In this document: one piece after another, positions 61,680 to 64,000 of the stretch
Layout: each line of letters opens with the position of its first letter
How positions within the stretch are numbered: the first letter of the stretch is position 1
Assembly: GCA_963804635.1 (NCBI GenBank)
Contig: CAWDRK010000044.1
Span: 150,131 to 214,130 of the forward strand
From: Candidatus Acidiferrales bacterium
Lineage (GTDB): Bacteria > Acidobacteriota > Terriglobia > Acidiferrales > UBA7541
Direction of reading: 5' to 3'
DNA length: 64,000 nt
Program-made: the position numbers and the translations under genes
Notes under the pieces: generated by a model
Database searches by the model: none
What the model was told of the DNA's origin: nothing
Seen by the model: only the letters and a program-made list of their open reading frames with translations

Positions 61680-64000
61680 ATGAAACCATGTTGGACCAAT
61701 GGGTTACAAGGTCTGCTCCTCCTGACACTGCTACTGGGGGGAAGGAGCGCGTTTGCCCAGGCCCAGGCGAATACCGCGCCGCACTCGGAGACTTCCGCCG
61801 GCGCCAAGATCGTTGAGCTCCGCGTGGTCGACGAGCATGGCAAGGTTCTGGTCGCTAACCCCAAAGGCATGGCCATCAAGGTCGGCGAACCGCTCGAGCC
61901 CGACCAGGTGGCGGAAAGCATCCGGGTTCTTTACCGCACCGGCGACTATGCCGATTTGCGCGCGCTGGCGACTCCAGTAGAAGGCGGGATGCGGCTGGAC
62001 TTCATCGCGCGGGAAAACTTGTTTGTCAGCCAAGTGCTGGTCGAGGGTCTGAAACCTCCACCCACAGAAGCCTCCGCAGTCGCCACCATGCAACTCTCGC
62101 TGGGCCAAACCTATCACTCCCAGGATGTGGATGAAGGGCTGGACCGTTTGCGGGATTTGCTGCGCGACGAAGGACTGTACCAGGCCAAAGTCACGGCAAC
62201 CCAACAGCCGGATGAAGCCACGCATCAAATTGATATCATTGCGCACGTCGACCCGGGTCCCCGCGTGCGCCTGGCCAAGATCGATTTGATCAATAACACC
62301 GAATACCGCGACCCGGATTTGATCAAGCTCACGAAATTGTCGCCGGGCAGACCGTTGACCGTGGCGCGCGTGCAGTCGAGCACCGAACGCTTGCGGAAAT
62401 TTCTGGAGAAGAAAGGCCACCTGAGCGCGCGGGTTTCCGTGCGGCGCGGCGAGTATAACCCGGCGACGAACACGATACCGCTGACGCTGGAAGTGACCGA
62501 AGGGCCGCGAGTGCTGCTGGTCGTGCAGGGCGCCAAGATTTCCAACGGTGATCTGAAGAAACTAATACCGGTATACCAGGAAGGCTCCGTCGACACGGAC
62601 TTGCTCGAAGAAGGCAAGCGCAACCTTCGGGAGCGCATGGAACGCAACGGATATTTTGACGCCCGGGTGGAGTACAGCGTGAATGCCCGCGACATAGAAG
62701 GAAAGAAGACGGGCTGGAAGGGTTCGGAGGAAACCATCACCTACGAGGTGGCGAAAGGAGAGAAAAGCAAGCTGCTCAGAATCGAATTCTTCGGAAATCA
62801 TTATTTCAGTACCGAAGTGTTGCGCAGCCGCTTGACGATTTCCCCCAGTTCCCTGTTTACCCGCCCGCGCTTCAGCCAACGCCTGATGGATGGCGACGCC
62901 CTGTCCATGAAGAGCTTGTACGCGGCGAACGGATTTTTGTCCGCGCGAGTGGAGGCCAAGACCGAGCGGGTTCCCGGGAAATCCAACTACCTGATCGTGC
63001 GGTTCATGATTGACGAAGGAAAGCAAACGCTGGTGGCCGATCTGAAGATCGAAGGGGCGCACGCGATTCCATCGCCGCAGATCCTGAGCGTTGTGGGCTC
63101 TTCACCGGGGCAGCCGTTTTCCGACATTAACGTTGCGGCGGACCGCGACAATATCCTCGCGCTGTACTACAACGAAGGCTTTCCCAATGCCACCTTTACG
63201 TACACCGCGGAGGCCGCCGAAGATCCGGATGGCGAATCGCCGGCCAAGAAAAGTGCCGCGGGCAGCGCCAAGCCGCAGGACGATTCCGAAACAAAGGGCG
63301 CTTATCACATTGCACGAGCGCAGCCCATGGTGCTGACCTACAAGATCGAGGAGGGCGAGCAGTTTCATGTGCGCCGCGTGTTTTTAACCGGCTACAACCA
63401 CACTCGGCCGACTTTAATTCGCCGCGAGGTGAAGGTGACGCCGGGAGGGCCGCTGCGCGAGGGAGAAATCGTCGAATCACAGCAGAAACTCTACAATCTC
63501 GGGGTTTTCAATCGTGTGACCATCGAACCGCAAAACGCAACAGGGACTGATCCGGACAAAGATGTCGTGGTGCTTGTGGAAGAAGCCAAGCGTTACACCA
63601 TTGCGTATGGCGGTGGATTCGAAGCACAAAGGTTGGCCAGCACCTCCAATCCGGTTGGTGGAGAAGTGCAAGCTTCGCCGCGTGGCATCCTGGAAATCTC
63701 CAAGCAGAATTTGACCGGAAGGGCGGATTCCCTGACGCTGAAACTGCGTGCCAGCACCATTCAGTGGCGCGCCCTGCTGGGTTACAACGCGCCAAACACA
63801 TTTGAGAATCAGAACCTGAGTTTGCAGGCCAACACCTACGTGGAAAAGACGCAGGACATCAATACCTTCACGGAAATCCGGTATGAGGGAAACATCCAGA
63901 TTACCCAGCAGCTCTCTTCCTACTCCCGGATTTTGTACCGCTACTCCTTCCGGAAAGTGACGGTAAGCAACTTGAATATTCCGTCCGACGAAATCCCGCT
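61680..64000 (+). CDS. Omp85 family (BamA/TamA-like) multi-POTRA outer-membrane protein, 3' truncated by window edge
   Basis: ATG 61680 with signal peptide ending SAFA-Q; POTRA-like segments (IRVLYRTGDY, IRREV, LYNLGVF) and barrel start NLTGRAD; open frame to the window end was spot-checked, not fully translated. Confidence 0.85.
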   Translation, partial: MKPCWTNGLQGLLLLTLLLGGRSAFAQAQANTAPHSETSAGAKIVELRVVDEHGKVLVANPKGMAIKVGEPLEPDQVAESIRVLYRTGDYADLRALATPVEGGMRLDFIARENLFVSQVLVEGLKPPPTEASAVATMQLSLGQTYHSQDVDEGLDRLRDLLRDEGLYQAKVTATQQPDEATHQIDIIAHVDPGPRVRLAKIDLINNTEYRDPDLIKLTKLSPGRPLTVARVQSSTERLRKFLEKKGHLSARVSVRRGEYNPATNTIPLTLEVTEGPRVLLVVQGAKISNGDLKKLIPVYQEGSVDTDLLEEGKRNLRERMERNGYFDARVEYSVNARDIEGKKTGWKGSEETITYEVAKGEKSKLLRIEFFGNHYFSTEVLRSRLTISPSSLFTRPRFSQRLMDGDALSMKSLYAANGFLSARVEAKTERVPGKSNYLIVRFMIDEGKQTLVADLKIEGAHAIPSPQILSVVGSSPGQPFSDINVAADRDNILALYYNEGFPNATFTYTAEAAEDPDGESPAKKSAAGSAKPQDDSETKGAYHIARAQPMVLTYKIEEGEQFHVRRVFLTGYNHTRPTLIRREVKVTPGGPLREGEIVESQQKLYNLGVFNRVTIEPQNATGTDPDKDVVVLVEEAKRYTIAYGGGFEAQRLASTSNPVGGEVQASPRGILEISKQNLTGRADSLTLKLRASTIQWRALLGYNAPNTFENQNLSLQANTYVEKTQDINTFTEIRYEGNIQITQQLSSYSRILYRYSFRKVTVSNLNIPSDEIP

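Noticed and set aside
1-64000. tRNA, rRNA, CRISPR array, IS/transposase, prophage
   Set aside because: No matching signatures found by inspection of intergenic regions or ORFs

Overview
GC-rich bacterial chromosomal window. Gene content and protein styles suggest Acidobacteriota (inference, not verified). It is mostly housekeeping or accessory metabolism. From left to right: a hexuronate catabolism cluster (manD, uxaC, exuT, SDR, kdgK, eda), a secreted discoidin-domain glycoside hydrolase, DPP-IV, cobB, greA, isoaspartyl peptidase, a Tat multicopper oxidase next to a PQQ/cytochrome c dehydrogenase, a duplicated and heavily frameshifted MFP-RND-RND-TolC efflux operon, phoBRU with a PHO-box array, sucA, an acyl-CoA ligase/ACP/acyltransferase fusion, hpnH, csp, lipA, an RRM protein, an argRCBFGHJ operon with an ARG box, a Met/Cys PLP lyase, ThiF/MoeB and a partial Omp85/BamA-like gene. 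I found no rRNA, tRNA, CRISPR array, transposase or reverse transcriptase. Best second-look items: (1) a leader ORF with a signal/TM segment ending in FRPPPSL*, upstream of the efflux operon, a candidate RxPP ribosome-arrest regulator; (2) a bacterial protein matching archaeal/eukaryotic ribosomal eL13 but acidic, within a cluster of small putative RNA-binding proteins; (3) REP-like palindromes inserted in frame in a protein-coding gene; (4) a 30-aa doubly coupled ORF that looks like a TolC/MFP fusion scar of an operon duplication; (5) terminator-like hairpins in the greA and csp leaders. All assignments are by motif recognition by eye; no searches were run.
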